The notes under the pieces: model-generated
Told to the model about the DNA's origin: nothing
The model's input: only the letters and a program-made list of their open reading frames with translations
Database searches by the model: none
Source: a virus
Taxonomy: Duplodnaviria; Caudoviricetes
Reading direction: 5' to 3' (one strand)
IMG/VR virus record: IMGVR_UViG_3300030330_001737
Coordinates: 1-26,676 of that record
DNA: 26,676 bases
In this document: piece by piece, positions 18,188 through 26,644 of the stretch
How positions within the stretch are numbered: position 1 is the first letter of the stretch
How the letters are laid out: every line of letters begins with the position of its first letter
Program-made: the position numbers and the translations under genes

Positions 18188-19660
18188 CTAAGCTGCTCTA
18201 TTTAAAGCTGCTGCACCTAATAAGAAGTTAAGTAGTTGGCCTGTTGAACTAGCAGCAGGTTGCTGTTGAGCCACTGTCCTATCCATCGGGCTAGCTTGCG
18301 CACCCCTGAGAATTCCAGAGTAAAACTGTAACTGCTCTTTAGGAAAGTCTCTTTGTCGCAAGAAGTCTTGGTATGCCGTATCTAGTATACGTTGCTCATC
18401 GGCTCTTAGATCTGCACCTAACGCCTGTAGTGCTCCTAGCCTCTGCAAGTCCAATGCTTGTTCTTGTCGATCAACATCTATGCCAAATCTAGCAAGCGTA
18501 TCTAACCTAGCTTTCTCTTGCGCTAACGCTCTTTGATTTGCAATCAATGCCTGTAGACCTTGCGCACCTGCTTGTTGTTTTGCACGCTCTCCTACATCAA
18601 ATGCTCTTATGCCTTGCTCTCCACCCTTCAGTGCTAACTCTTCAGAAGCTAAGTCAGCACGTAGTCCTAACTGATCTGCTGTTTGTGCTGATCTATCTGC
18701 TGCAAGCAATGCTTGTAATGTTTGTTGCCCCTGCGCTCTTTGTGCAGCATCTCTTAATTGTTGTGCTTGTAGATCTTGTGTGCCAGCAGCCTGTGCAAAT
18801 CTGCCTGTCGCAACATCAGCTTGAAGACCTAGGCCAGCAGCTGCTCTCCTAGATGCGTCAGTCAGCTGTTGTGTTTTTAATTGTCTGTCAATATCAGCTA
18901 GTGCAGTAGCGGTTGCCTTGTCATATCCTTTTAATAATAAGTCGGCTTCTTGTGCAGCTTGCCTATCTAAAAACCCTCGTTCTGCCTCTAGGTTTGCTAG
19001 TGTGCCTCTTGCCCCGAAAGCACTGGCTCCACCCGCTCTAGTCGCCTGTAAATTTCTTTGTGCTTGTTGCTGATTGAAAGCTCTAGCTGCTCTTTCTTGC
19101 GCTCGATCCAAAACCTGCTCTTGGAAAGGGTTTTGAAACTGCGCAATCCGACTTGCCAGATCGGGTTGAGTAAACTCTGTGCCAGTATATCCAGTGCCAA
19201 TATTTGCGCCTTGGAATCCAGCTTGGATATCTCCTGCACGATACCCTGAGTCAAATGCTGCTGGTGCTGTATAGGTAGAAGCAACTCTACCGGGTGTTAC
19301 AGCAGTTGGTGTTTGTCCGGGTGCAGTATAGCTGGTAGTTGCATCTGTGATGCTTGCCCCTCTAGGAAGACCCGTTGTGGGATCTATTAATTGATCAGTG
19401 GCTCTTGCCCTACCAACATTAACACCGGGCAAAGATCGTGAGGCAAGTCCCGTAATCCCTTGAAAAGCAGCCTGTTGTTCTGGAGTATAAGCAGCGAGTC
19501 TTTGTCCTTCAAACGGCACATAATCTTGCTGCAATATAGCGTCAGCTGACTGCAAGCTTTTCTGGAGATACGGATAAAACTCCTCTGGTATATTTGTATT
19601 TGTGACAGTTGTTTGTACATTCTGCACACCACCTGCACCACCACCGCTACTACCGCCCAT
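18188..19660 (-). CDS. Internal virion (DNA pilot/ejection) protein, putative
   Basis: MGG.GGG start, P..PY, Y.PF.GQR.A..P.Q, NPFQ.QV, GAFG.RG-like and YQDF..FP..QL motifs; Ala/Gln-rich; hydrophobic C-terminus. Confidence 0.75.
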   Translation of the reverse strand: MGGSSGGGAGGVQNVQTTVTNTNIPEEFYPYLQKSLQSADAILQQDYVPFEGQRLAAYTPEQQAAFQGITGLASRSLPGVNVGRARATDQLIDPTTGLPRGASITDATTSYTAPGQTPTAVTPGRVASTYTAPAAFDSGYRAGDIQAGFQGANIGTGYTGTEFTQPDLASRIAQFQNPFQEQVLDRAQERAARAFNQQQAQRNLQATRAGGASAFGARGTLANLEAERGFLDRQAAQEADLLLKGYDKATATALADIDRQLKTQQLTDASRRAAAGLGLQADVATGRFAQAAGTQDLQAQQLRDAAQRAQGQQTLQALLAADRSAQTADQLGLRADLASEELALKGGEQGIRAFDVGERAKQQAGAQGLQALIANQRALAQEKARLDTLARFGIDVDRQEQALDLQRLGALQALGADLRADEQRILDTAYQDFLRQRDFPKEQLQFYSGILRGAQASPMDRTVAQQQPAASSTGQLLNFLLGAAALNRAA

Positions 19661-20123
19661 TCACGACCTCCAATACTGGCTGATCTACATCCTGTGTTTC
19701 ATAGTTTACAGGCTTCGTCATTAATACATATTCCTTCACAAAACCATTATCAGACCACTTCTTTTCTAATGCAGGTGCAGTAGATGTTTCTAGTCCGTCT
19801 AACTGTAATGTTTTTGCAAATACCTCACAGACCTCTAATGCCTGTTCTCCCCACTCCTTTAATCTAACACCACTCAAGGTATTCAAATCTAAATATTTTT
19901 TTCTTGGATACACATTCACACCACAAATAAAAAACCCTATTGGATTTTCTTCTTCCCACACAATCCATACAAAATAAGGAAGCTCTATCATTTGATGAAG
20001 AATGTCAGCAGTATTATATCTGCCGTGACTTCTACGCTCTAGATTTTCGGCGTGATGAGATATCTTAGGCCAGATGTCTAAAATCTTATTCTTTTCTATA
20101 AGTTTTATATCGAACTTGCTCAT
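19650..20123 (-). CDS. Virion morphogenesis protein, possibly GNAT acetyltransferase-like
   Basis: 157-aa alpha/beta pattern (YPRKKYL..LSG..W..FAK..GLE..W..GF) directly before the ejection genes, the position of P22 gp14 / T7 gp13. Confidence 0.55.
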   Translation of the reverse strand: MSKFDIKLIEKNKILDIWPKISHHAENLERRSHGRYNTADILHQMIELPYFVWIVWEEENPIGFFICGVNVYPRKKYLDLNTLSGVRLKEWGEQALEVCEVFAKTLQLDGLETSTAPALEKKWSDNGFVKEYVLMTKPVNYETQDVDQPVLEVVNGR

Positions 20124-20662
20124 CCTACATATGGCTCTGGTCTTCGCATATCCATAACAATTTGTTCTGGTGTTTGATTCATTTCTTCTGGTTGAACAGT
20201 AGTGGCTGTTTTTTCTTTACGAATGTTATCTATCATCTGATCTAGCAGCTCACCACCCCTTGTCGTGCTCCCATCTCCTATGTGCGACACAACATCTGCC
20301 GGGATAACATATTCATCTCTTGACAGTAAAACAGGCTCCATGCCCTCTATATTGGCTGGAACGACATCATCCATGCCCCCACCAGCACCGGGAACCAGTC
20401 CCTCAAAAAACGATGTTTCTATTTCTAGTTGACCGCCATGCGCATACTTTGGCAACAAACCGCCGAATGGATTTTTCGGCTCTTTTGTAAAGCGTTCTTT
20501 ATACAGCTCCCTAATCTGATCCATCGTGAGATTTTCTAAATCAAAAGCCTTCGTCATGCTTTTTAGCTGATCTTCTGTTTGATCAGCCATTTTTTTAGCT
20601 TGACGTAAACTTTGCTCCTGCATACCTCGCAGCTGAGATATTGATGTTATTGGTCTATCCAT
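20120..20662 (-). CDS. Putative virion protein with a G.G.G.DD.VPA..LS..EYVIPADVV domain
   Basis: The motif resembles the GG.V.GPG.G.SDSIPA.LS.GE.V module recurrent in phage virion and tape-measure C-termini (recall). Confidence 0.7.
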   Translation of the reverse strand: MDRPITSISQLRGMQEQSLRQAKKMADQTEDQLKSMTKAFDLENLTMDQIRELYKERFTKEPKNPFGGLLPKYAHGGQLEIETSFFEGLVPGAGGGMDDVVPANIEGMEPVLLSRDEYVIPADVVSHIGDGSTTRGGELLDQMIDNIRKEKTATTVQPEEMNQTPEQIVMDMRRPEPYVG

Positions 20663-22696
20663 TTATGAAAAACGTCCGATAGGTATCATTGCCACGTTAG
20701 TAGGTCTTGTTAAGGCTGTACCAGCTGTTTGTGCTAATCCCGCTGATGGTCTGGAAACATTACCTAATTGCGTAGTTAAAGCATCTATCTGTGTTTGTAG
20801 ACTTGTCGGGTCAAATGTAGTTGCTGCTGGAGCAGCTGATAGCGCATCTATCTGTGATTGCAATCCTGTGGGATCAAACGCCAGTGCATCTAAATCTGCT
20901 TGAGTTACAAAACTAGATGTGTCTATGCCCGGATTGAATCCTGTCAATGCAGTATCGAGATCCGATGCAGTAACAAACTGACTGGTATCTATTTGTGGAT
21001 TGAAGTCTGATAACGCTGTATTGAGATCAGACGTAGTTAAAAAGTCAGAAGTGTTTAAACCTGCCATTGGATCAAACCCTTGTAACGTGGTAGTTAAATC
21101 ATCCTGTGTAACAAACCCGGTTGGATCAAAGCCAGCCAAAGGATCAAAACCTTGCAGTGTTGTGTCTATATCGTCTTGTGTTACGAAACTTGATGTATCA
21201 ATAGGATTGCTGGCTAAATAATCTGCTATATAGGTATCGATATCACTTGCAGCTATGAAGTCATCGGGATTGAACCCCATTCCTGTCGGGTCTTGATATC
21301 CCGGTATTATCATGCCGGGTTCACCCGGAGTTTGTCCCGGCGCAGTAGGATCTCCAGTAACATTACCTCCCTCATAATCAGAGCCGGGAGCACCGCCCGG
21401 ATCTTGATTAGGATCAGTAATAGCATCTGTAGGATCAGATGTATCTGTTGTTGATCCTGTAGTAGTTCCTGTAGTAGTTCCTGTAGTAGTGCCTCCATCA
21501 TCCATAATTGCACTACCATAGATATTTCTAGTCAGTGTAGGATCACCTAGCAATCTTGCGCTGTAATCAATGACTGGAGCATCCGCAAATCCTCTAGTGC
21601 CTAAATTAAATTGTGTATCCTGTGCTCTTGGAACAAACTGCTGTATGGTTTCTGTACCAATAACTTCTGGTGCTTGTGAGAAAAATGCCGGGCCAGCCAC
21701 AGGAACTGTAGATGGGTCTGTATTAAAGTCAAAGCGCGGGCCAAAATCAAAAGGACTAAAATTAACAGAGCCACCTTCTTGAAATTGTTGTGTATAAGAA
21801 AATGGATTAGCAAAATAATCCATTTCTGATGATCTACCACCTCTACCAGATACCGGGAACTGAACACCTCTATCGTCTAACGTTACGGGAACATAAAAGT
21901 CTTCATCATCATCTGCCATACCCAAAGGCATATTCATTGCCAAATACTGATCGGTCATTCCCTGACCAGTAAGTGCAGCTGTGCCTATAGATCCTAGTTC
22001 TCTAGGAGTTATAGTCGCAAATTCACTACCTATTTTTTGGAATATATTTTGCGTAGCAGCATCTGTTATAGGTTTATTAACAGCAGCCTTGCCAGCCTCT
22101 TGCAAAGTTTGAGCAGCAGCTGGACTAAATCCCAATGGAGCTTGTGTTGCAATATTTGATAAAACATTCTGCCCACCGACACCAGCAGCCTGTTTAAACG
22201 CTTCACTCCCTCCCGTTTGTAGAAGTTCAGAACCCCCCTGTTGAACCAATTGTTCCGTAGTTTGTTTAGTGCCTTCCTTTAAAAGCTCTTGACCCCCTTG
22301 TAGCCCCTCTCCCAAAAACTTACCACCAATACCACCCAAGACTCCGCTTATAAGACCAGCCTTCAATCCCTCTTCCAAACTTCCTGTTTCGATTGCTGTG
22401 CCAACACCAGAGCCTACGGCAGCTAATCCAGCAGCTCCACCTAGAGCACCCAAGGCAGTTATTGGCGCAGTTGCCCCAAGTAATCCACCACCTAATGCCA
22501 ATAGCAAAGGTAGGAATGCTTCTGGTTGACCAGTATCAGGGTTGATAGTAAGTGCATTGTTAGGTGTCATAGAACGAAGAACATCCACTTCTCGCGGGTT
22601 CATGTGAACCAGCATTGAGTCTCCGTATCTACCCTTAGAAGCCAACATATCAGCTTGTTGTTTAAACGGCTGATCTTTCTGAAATGCTCTGTTCAT
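20663..22696 (-). CDS. Putative internal virion protein with acidic internal repeats
   Basis: N-terminal GRYGD..LVH.NP.E..L..TINPDTG.PE motif, Gly/Ala hydrophobic segments, and C-terminal D(T/P)S.FVT..DL repeats. Confidence 0.75.
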   Translation of the reverse strand: MNRAFQKDQPFKQQADMLASKGRYGDSMLVHMNPREVDVLRSMTPNNALTINPDTGQPEAFLPLLLALGGGLLGATAPITALGALGGAAGLAAVGSGVGTAIETGSLEEGLKAGLISGVLGGIGGKFLGEGLQGGQELLKEGTKQTTEQLVQQGGSELLQTGGSEAFKQAAGVGGQNVLSNIATQAPLGFSPAAAQTLQEAGKAAVNKPITDAATQNIFQKIGSEFATITPRELGSIGTAALTGQGMTDQYLAMNMPLGMADDDEDFYVPVTLDDRGVQFPVSGRGGRSSEMDYFANPFSYTQQFQEGGSVNFSPFDFGPRFDFNTDPSTVPVAGPAFFSQAPEVIGTETIQQFVPRAQDTQFNLGTRGFADAPVIDYSARLLGDPTLTRNIYGSAIMDDGGTTTGTTTGTTTGSTTDTSDPTDAITDPNQDPGGAPGSDYEGGNVTGDPTAPGQTPGEPGMIIPGYQDPTGMGFNPDDFIAASDIDTYIADYLASNPIDTSSFVTQDDIDTTLQGFDPLAGFDPTGFVTQDDLTTTLQGFDPMAGLNTSDFLTTSDLNTALSDFNPQIDTSQFVTASDLDTALTGFNPGIDTSSFVTQADLDALAFDPTGLQSQIDALSAAPAATTFDPTSLQTQIDALTTQLGNVSRPSAGLAQTAGTALTRPTNVAMIPIGRFS
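21455..21490. repeat. Perfect in-frame tandem repeat, 12 bp x 3 (TCCTGTAGTAGT)
   Basis: Read directly; encodes TTTG three times in the 677-aa protein. Confidence 0.9.
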
Positions 22697-22721
22697 GGCA
22701 CACTCTATAAGCGTTTAAACG

Positions 22722-23057
22722 CTATGTTATCTCAAGTAATGAAACAAATATATCAAAGTAATTAGCTGTTCCAGCAGTCATTCTCAATTTGTCTTTTGAC
22801 TCTAAAACAATTACTTCACCCTCTGTAAGATACCCTTTCCTAGTCTCTGCTGCTATCGAAGCAGTCTTTTCAAATTCTGTTGTTCCTGATGCGCTGTTAT
22901 CAAAAATATGAACAATCAAAGACGCTGGATTAGATGCGTTAGTGTTAAATGCACTAACCGTTTTCAATATTGCCGTGGCCCCTTGTGGGCATTCATATAC
23001 GTCTGTAATAGATGTGGAATCTAATGTCTTAATTGCATTTTGATAAATGGTAGGCAT
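22722..23057 (-). CDS. Small beta-rich structural (tail-associated) protein, putative
   Basis: Y.CP..TAILK..N..IVLE..DKL pattern; start at ATG 23057 via a TAATG overlap. Confidence 0.7.
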   Translation of the reverse strand: MPTIYQNAIKTLDSTSITDVYECPQGATAILKTVSAFNTNASNPASLIVHIFDNSASGTTEFEKTASIAAETRKGYLTEGEVIVLESKDKLRMTAGTANYFDIFVSLLEIT

Positions 23058-23236
23058 TACGACATAAACCAAGATATTGCAGATGATTCATTCTCTACAT
23101 CTTGTTTTGATGGAATCAACTCCAAAACTATCCTCAGTTGGTTTATTAACCTAAGCATATAGTCTTCTTGATAGTCGGGTGTTGGTAGCTCTAAAGGGAG
23201 CCTATGTTCCGCTCCACTTGCCGTTTTAGTTGTCAT
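23057..23236 (-). CDS. 59-aa protein absent from the ORF track (MTTKTASGAEHRLPLELPTPDYQEDYMLRLINQLRIVLELIPSKQDVENESSAISWFMS)
   Basis: Translated by hand; ATGA overlap with the upstream stop, TAATG overlap with the downstream start, GGAGGAG RBS. Confidence 0.8.
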   Translation of the reverse strand: MTTKTASGAEHRLPLELPTPDYQEDYMLRLINQLRIVLELIPSKQDVENESSAISWFMS

Positions 23237-25080
23237 CTCCTCCCATCCTGTCTGACATCAAGACGAACATCTCCTAATCTCCATCCATTCTCTACATCTG
23301 TGCTTTCTACTCTAACCCTAACCTGTCTTGCCCTAGCTCTAACATTAGATAAAGCAAACTCGCTAGTGGTAGTAACTGATGTTGTGGACTCCGATGTTAG
23401 TGTACCACCAGTATTATCTCTAGTTTTTATAGTGTAATTTAATGTGGGATTAGTAGATGATCCAACAAAATCACAATCTGGCAATAGTCTTCTGACAAAT
23501 GCAAAATGATCTCCATCATCAATATCAAAGTCAGCAGTTTCTATAAATGCCGTTAAAGCTGATCCATCATCATCAAACCCCACTTCATGCTCAAATATTA
23601 AACCAGAGTCATTTGTTGTTTTTACCGCTATAGGATTATCTGAAGATGCTCCTGCATCATCCCAAAAATCTCTTGCTAGATCTGCAATAGTCCAATGATT
23701 TTCAACATAGTTATAAACAACCATAGCATTTAACACAGTTGAATCACCTGTAGGATAAAACCAACCAACTTCATTAAAGCCTGTATTTGCAAATGCAACT
23801 ATTTGATTTGCCTGTATCTGATTAAGATTGTCAAACACATATGCTCTAACAGAACATGGCAAAACTTTGGCAGATCCCGAATAAACATAAAAATTTCTAC
23901 GATCCATAAAAAAGATTACATTATTAGCACTAATAGCTGCATTCTGAGATATAAGACTAACGCCATCTGTAATTAAATTTGCTTTAAATATAAATGGCGC
24001 TCCAACAAACTGAACGCTATAAAGAGCAGCGTCTGTCCAGATTGCAACTTCCTGCCTACCTCGTAACGCACCTATTATCTCTGATCCTACAGAAAGTCGT
24101 AAATCACCAGCTGTATTAGTAGTTTTGGGTGTCCAATCTAATAAATTTTCCTGTGTACACCATCGTATCTGCATAAGATCTATATTAGTTTCACCAAAAG
24201 GATTACAGCCAATAGCTAATACATGGCGATCTTGTGTTGATACAACTATCTGCAAACACTCAGTTGGTGGATTATCATTGCCAGATATATCTGTAAGCTC
24301 TAAAGCTCTATTGGTTTCGTTGGTTGCATCCCACAAATAAATAGATCCGAGTCTTGGGTTTAAGACTAAATCTTCTCCGAAGTTATCAAGGCTCCATAAT
24401 CTCAGTGTATTTGTTAAAGTATCACCACTTGATGTTCCCCAAGTTCCTGAGTTCCAAGGCCCAGACCCCCAACCTCCACCCGGTACAGCTACATCTAACC
24501 CAATATTTATTTGATATGCAGCTACAGTGCTGCCACCACCATTACCTGTGTCACTACTATTAGCTGTTACTGTGGCACCTGATGTATCTTTAGCTGTAAA
24601 TGTAAAAGCATTAGCAGAGCTAATCTCTGTAATCTCATACTCTTGATTTAATACAGCTGCTGTTATATTGCCACCTAAACTTGCTGCGCTACTAAAAGTA
24701 ACAAAATCACCAAGCACTGCCCCATGACCTGTTTCATTACAGGTTATAGTTGATGATCCATTAGTAGCTGAAAAAGTTGGATCTCCTGCGCTAGTTGTTA
24801 GACGTATTGGAGTTACATCATTAAATACACTTCCAATCGCTACATAAGTTTTTTTTGTGGTTCCTAGTCCAATATATCTAACACCTGATAAAGACACCCA
24901 CTGTTTTATTTTTCTACAAACACCAACAAATGTAGTAGCATACTTTTTTGTCCAACCCCCCATTTTTTCTGGTTTACCAGATCTAAATCTAACAAATGAG
25001 CCATCATAAAATCTCCCCTCGTTACTATAGGCTGTGCCTTCTTTGTAAATTCCGGGTTGAAAATTAAATCGCTTTAACAT
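23233..25080 (-). CDS. Tail/head-stabilisation protein (P22 gp10 / tail nozzle-like beta-propeller) with an inserted FCCH-like beta domain
   Basis: Trp/beta-rich sequence with IRWC.QE..W.P..N.AG..L..GS.I, FNEV.WFYP and RARARQ..WRLG..R.D..DGRR; insert TITC..HG..GDFVTFS..LNQEYEIT. Confidence 0.78.
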   Translation of the reverse strand: MLKRFNFQPGIYKEGTAYSNEGRFYDGSFVRFRSGKPEKMGGWTKKYATTFVGVCRKIKQWVSLSGVRYIGLGTTKKTYVAIGSVFNDVTPIRLTTSAGDPTFSATNGSSTITCNETGHGAVLGDFVTFSSAASLGGNITAAVLNQEYEITEISSANAFTFTAKDTSGATVTANSSDTGNGGGSTVAAYQINIGLDVAVPGGGWGSGPWNSGTWGTSSGDTLTNTLRLWSLDNFGEDLVLNPRLGSIYLWDATNETNRALELTDISGNDNPPTECLQIVVSTQDRHVLAIGCNPFGETNIDLMQIRWCTQENLLDWTPKTTNTAGDLRLSVGSEIIGALRGRQEVAIWTDAALYSVQFVGAPFIFKANLITDGVSLISQNAAISANNVIFFMDRRNFYVYSGSAKVLPCSVRAYVFDNLNQIQANQIVAFANTGFNEVGWFYPTGDSTVLNAMVVYNYVENHWTIADLARDFWDDAGASSDNPIAVKTTNDSGLIFEHEVGFDDDGSALTAFIETADFDIDDGDHFAFVRRLLPDCDFVGSSTNPTLNYTIKTRDNTGGTLTSESTTSVTTTSEFALSNVRARARQVRVRVESTDVENGWRLGDVRLDVRQDGRR

Positions 25081-25401
25081 TTATTTTCTGCTCATGTATG
25101 CAGTTGCACCAAAATAAAGACCTACTACAGAAGCCTGACTCAAGAATAACATATCACTTAATGATGCTAGAGTGTTTAAACGATCTTCGGGTACAAATGG
25201 AAGTAAAGGTAATATTGCAAATACACACATAGATATCATTGCAACCCACGCCATTTTCTTTTGTGAGTCAGCTTTTTCTTCTTGCAACTCTAGTTGTAAC
25301 ATTTCTTGATGCTTAGATAATTCATCATCAGTGACTGTGCCATCACCGTCAGTATCATATTCTGCGTATCTCGATTTAGGCTCCAACTTTTTTGCGTTCA
25401 T
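25081..25401 (-). CDS. Two-TM membrane protein with an N-terminal EF-hand loop; holin candidate
   Basis: DTDGDGTVTDDE is a 12-residue EF-hand loop; hydrophobic segments MAWVAMISMCVFAILPLLPFV and MLFLSQASVVGLYFGATAYM. Start uncertain (25401 or 25425). Confidence 0.65.
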   Translation of the reverse strand: MNAKKLEPKSRYAEYDTDGDGTVTDDELSKHQEMLQLELQEEKADSQKKMAWVAMISMCVFAILPLLPFVPEDRLNTLASLSDMLFLSQASVVGLYFGATAYMSRK

Positions 25402-25723
25402 ACCTATCTTCTTTAAGCTCTTCAACTTGTTGTTGTAACTTAGAAACAGTTTCTTCTAACAATTCTATCTTGAGATCTTGTCTGCTGTCAGCAGGTAAAG
25501 AACCCAGCTCACCCCTCGGCCATTTGATACGAAACTCACTGTTAGCCTCGACATCAACCTGTTGCAAATCCATATCATGCTCAAGAAAAGTAACTCTTTC
25601 TGTTAGTCCAAAATATGCAAAAGATGCAACGGCAGTAGCTGCTAACAATGATATCAAGTTAGCTAATGGTATTCGTATAGCTGTACCTTCATTAAGATCT
25701 AACGAGTTATTCTTTGTTGCCAT
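25376..25723 (-). CDS. Single-TM coiled-coil protein
   Basis: TM segment LANLISLLAATAVASFAYFGL followed by heptad repeats. Confidence 0.75.
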   Translation of the reverse strand: MATKNNSLDLNEGTAIRIPLANLISLLAATAVASFAYFGLTERVTFLEHDMDLQQVDVEANSEFRIKWPRGELGSLPADSRQDLKIELLEETVSKLQQQVEELKEDRYERKKVGA

Positions 25724-25948
25724 CTATACAGTAACCAAAATGTTTTGACCTGTGGCTTTTGGCGTAGTGTAACTAAAAGCTCCATTCTTGTAGGTATATA
25801 CTTTAGAGTCGTAATAGGTGGTTATCACCTCACTCTTCCTATTAGTCTCTCGCACATGCAATCTTTCTACTTCTATTTTTTGTATCTGATGTTTTGCATT
25901 TGGTGGCTGTGCTTGCACACTATTTGGAAAAGGCGGTATGTCAGTCAT
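25724..25948 (-). CDS. Hypothetical protein
   Basis: 74-aa ORF abutting both neighbours on the operon strand. Confidence 0.65.
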   Translation of the reverse strand: MTDIPPFPNSVQAQPPNAKHQIQKIEVERLHVRETNRKSEVITTYYDSKVYTYKNGAFSYTTPKATGQNILVTV

Positions 25949-26204
25949 CGTCTTTATTTGTTCTCTTTGGATCTCTAAATATATATTTGCCTTTACCTGC
26001 CTCTGCTTGTGGTATTAGCCTTACCTCACAAAAACCATCAAACTTATTTGTTTTAGATCTTGTCCAATTATGTTGATGAACACTTTGGTGAACTAAAGCA
26101 TCTCTATATTCTAAACAGGAAGTAAGTTCTTGGAAATAAAGCTCTACCCCTGTTGGGACACCGCCGGGAGTCAATAACACCAAAACAAAGATCATAAGAG
26201 TCAT
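25941..26204 (-). CDS. Hypothetical protein with a hydrophobic N-terminus and two Cys
   Basis: 87-aa ORF with an ATGA overlap at 26201-26204. Confidence 0.7.
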   Translation of the reverse strand: MTLMIFVLVLLTPGGVPTGVELYFQELTSCLEYRDALVHQSVHQHNWTRSKTNKFDGFCEVRLIPQAEAGKGKYIFRDPKRTNKDDD

Positions 26205-26644
26205 AATCTTCTTTTCTTAGTCATTGCTTGTGTTCTTTCAGCTTGAGGGGCAACAAGTTCCCATGTTAAAACATCAACATCAACTTGATGAGCTGTGCCT
26301 AACACCCTTGGCATACTATTTCTAATATAGATATACGCCCCATACCCGCACTGTTGATAATTAAATCGCAACCACTCCATTGCAATGGCATGTCGTTTAG
26401 CTGGTGGATTTACAAGCTGAAGCTTATTCCACTCCCTTAAATCACAAAACAGATTAGGATTTTCGGGGTCGTATTCTAATCTTACTGTTTCTGAAGCATT
26501 ATCTGGATTAATTGCGCCAGCTTCTCGTCCGTCGCCTTCAAAGTTTCCTGCTGTTGACTCAGACTGTCCACCACTGCTTTGATTTGCGTCTGATTGACCG
26601 CTGACAGTTGCCCGTTGGCTACTGCCTGTTCCGCTGTCTTTTTT
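26201..26644 (-). CDS. Open frame lacking a good start codon; candidate -1 frameshift extension of the upstream gene
   Basis: Frame open 26653 to 26201; first ATG only at 26380 with no RBS; its stop overlaps the next ATG (ATGA); slippery A_AAA_AAG at 26644-26638. Confidence 0.6.
   Translation of the reverse strand, partial: KKDSGTGSSQRATVSGQSDANQSSGGQSESTAGNFEGDGREAGAINPDNASETVRLEYDPENPNLFCDLREWNKLQLVNPPAKRHAIAMEWLRFNYQQCGYGAYIYIRNSMPRVLGTAHQVDVDVLTWELVAPQAERTQAMTKKRRL

Larger units (their letters stand above)
718..25181. repeat. Dispersed, highly iterated palindrome GTTTAAAC (21 copies)
   Basis: Copies start at 718, 1862, 2319, 3696, 4373, 4633, 4958, 5379, 7228, 8724, 11374, 12798, 14194, 16223, 17466, 18177, 21053, 22192, 22660, 22713 and 25174. 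Confidence 0.93.

Noticed and set aside
718-25181. GTTTAAAC copies as a CRISPR array or cloning scars
   Set aside because: Spacing is irregular, the repeat is only 8-14 bp, and copies lie inside intact reading frames without disrupting them.
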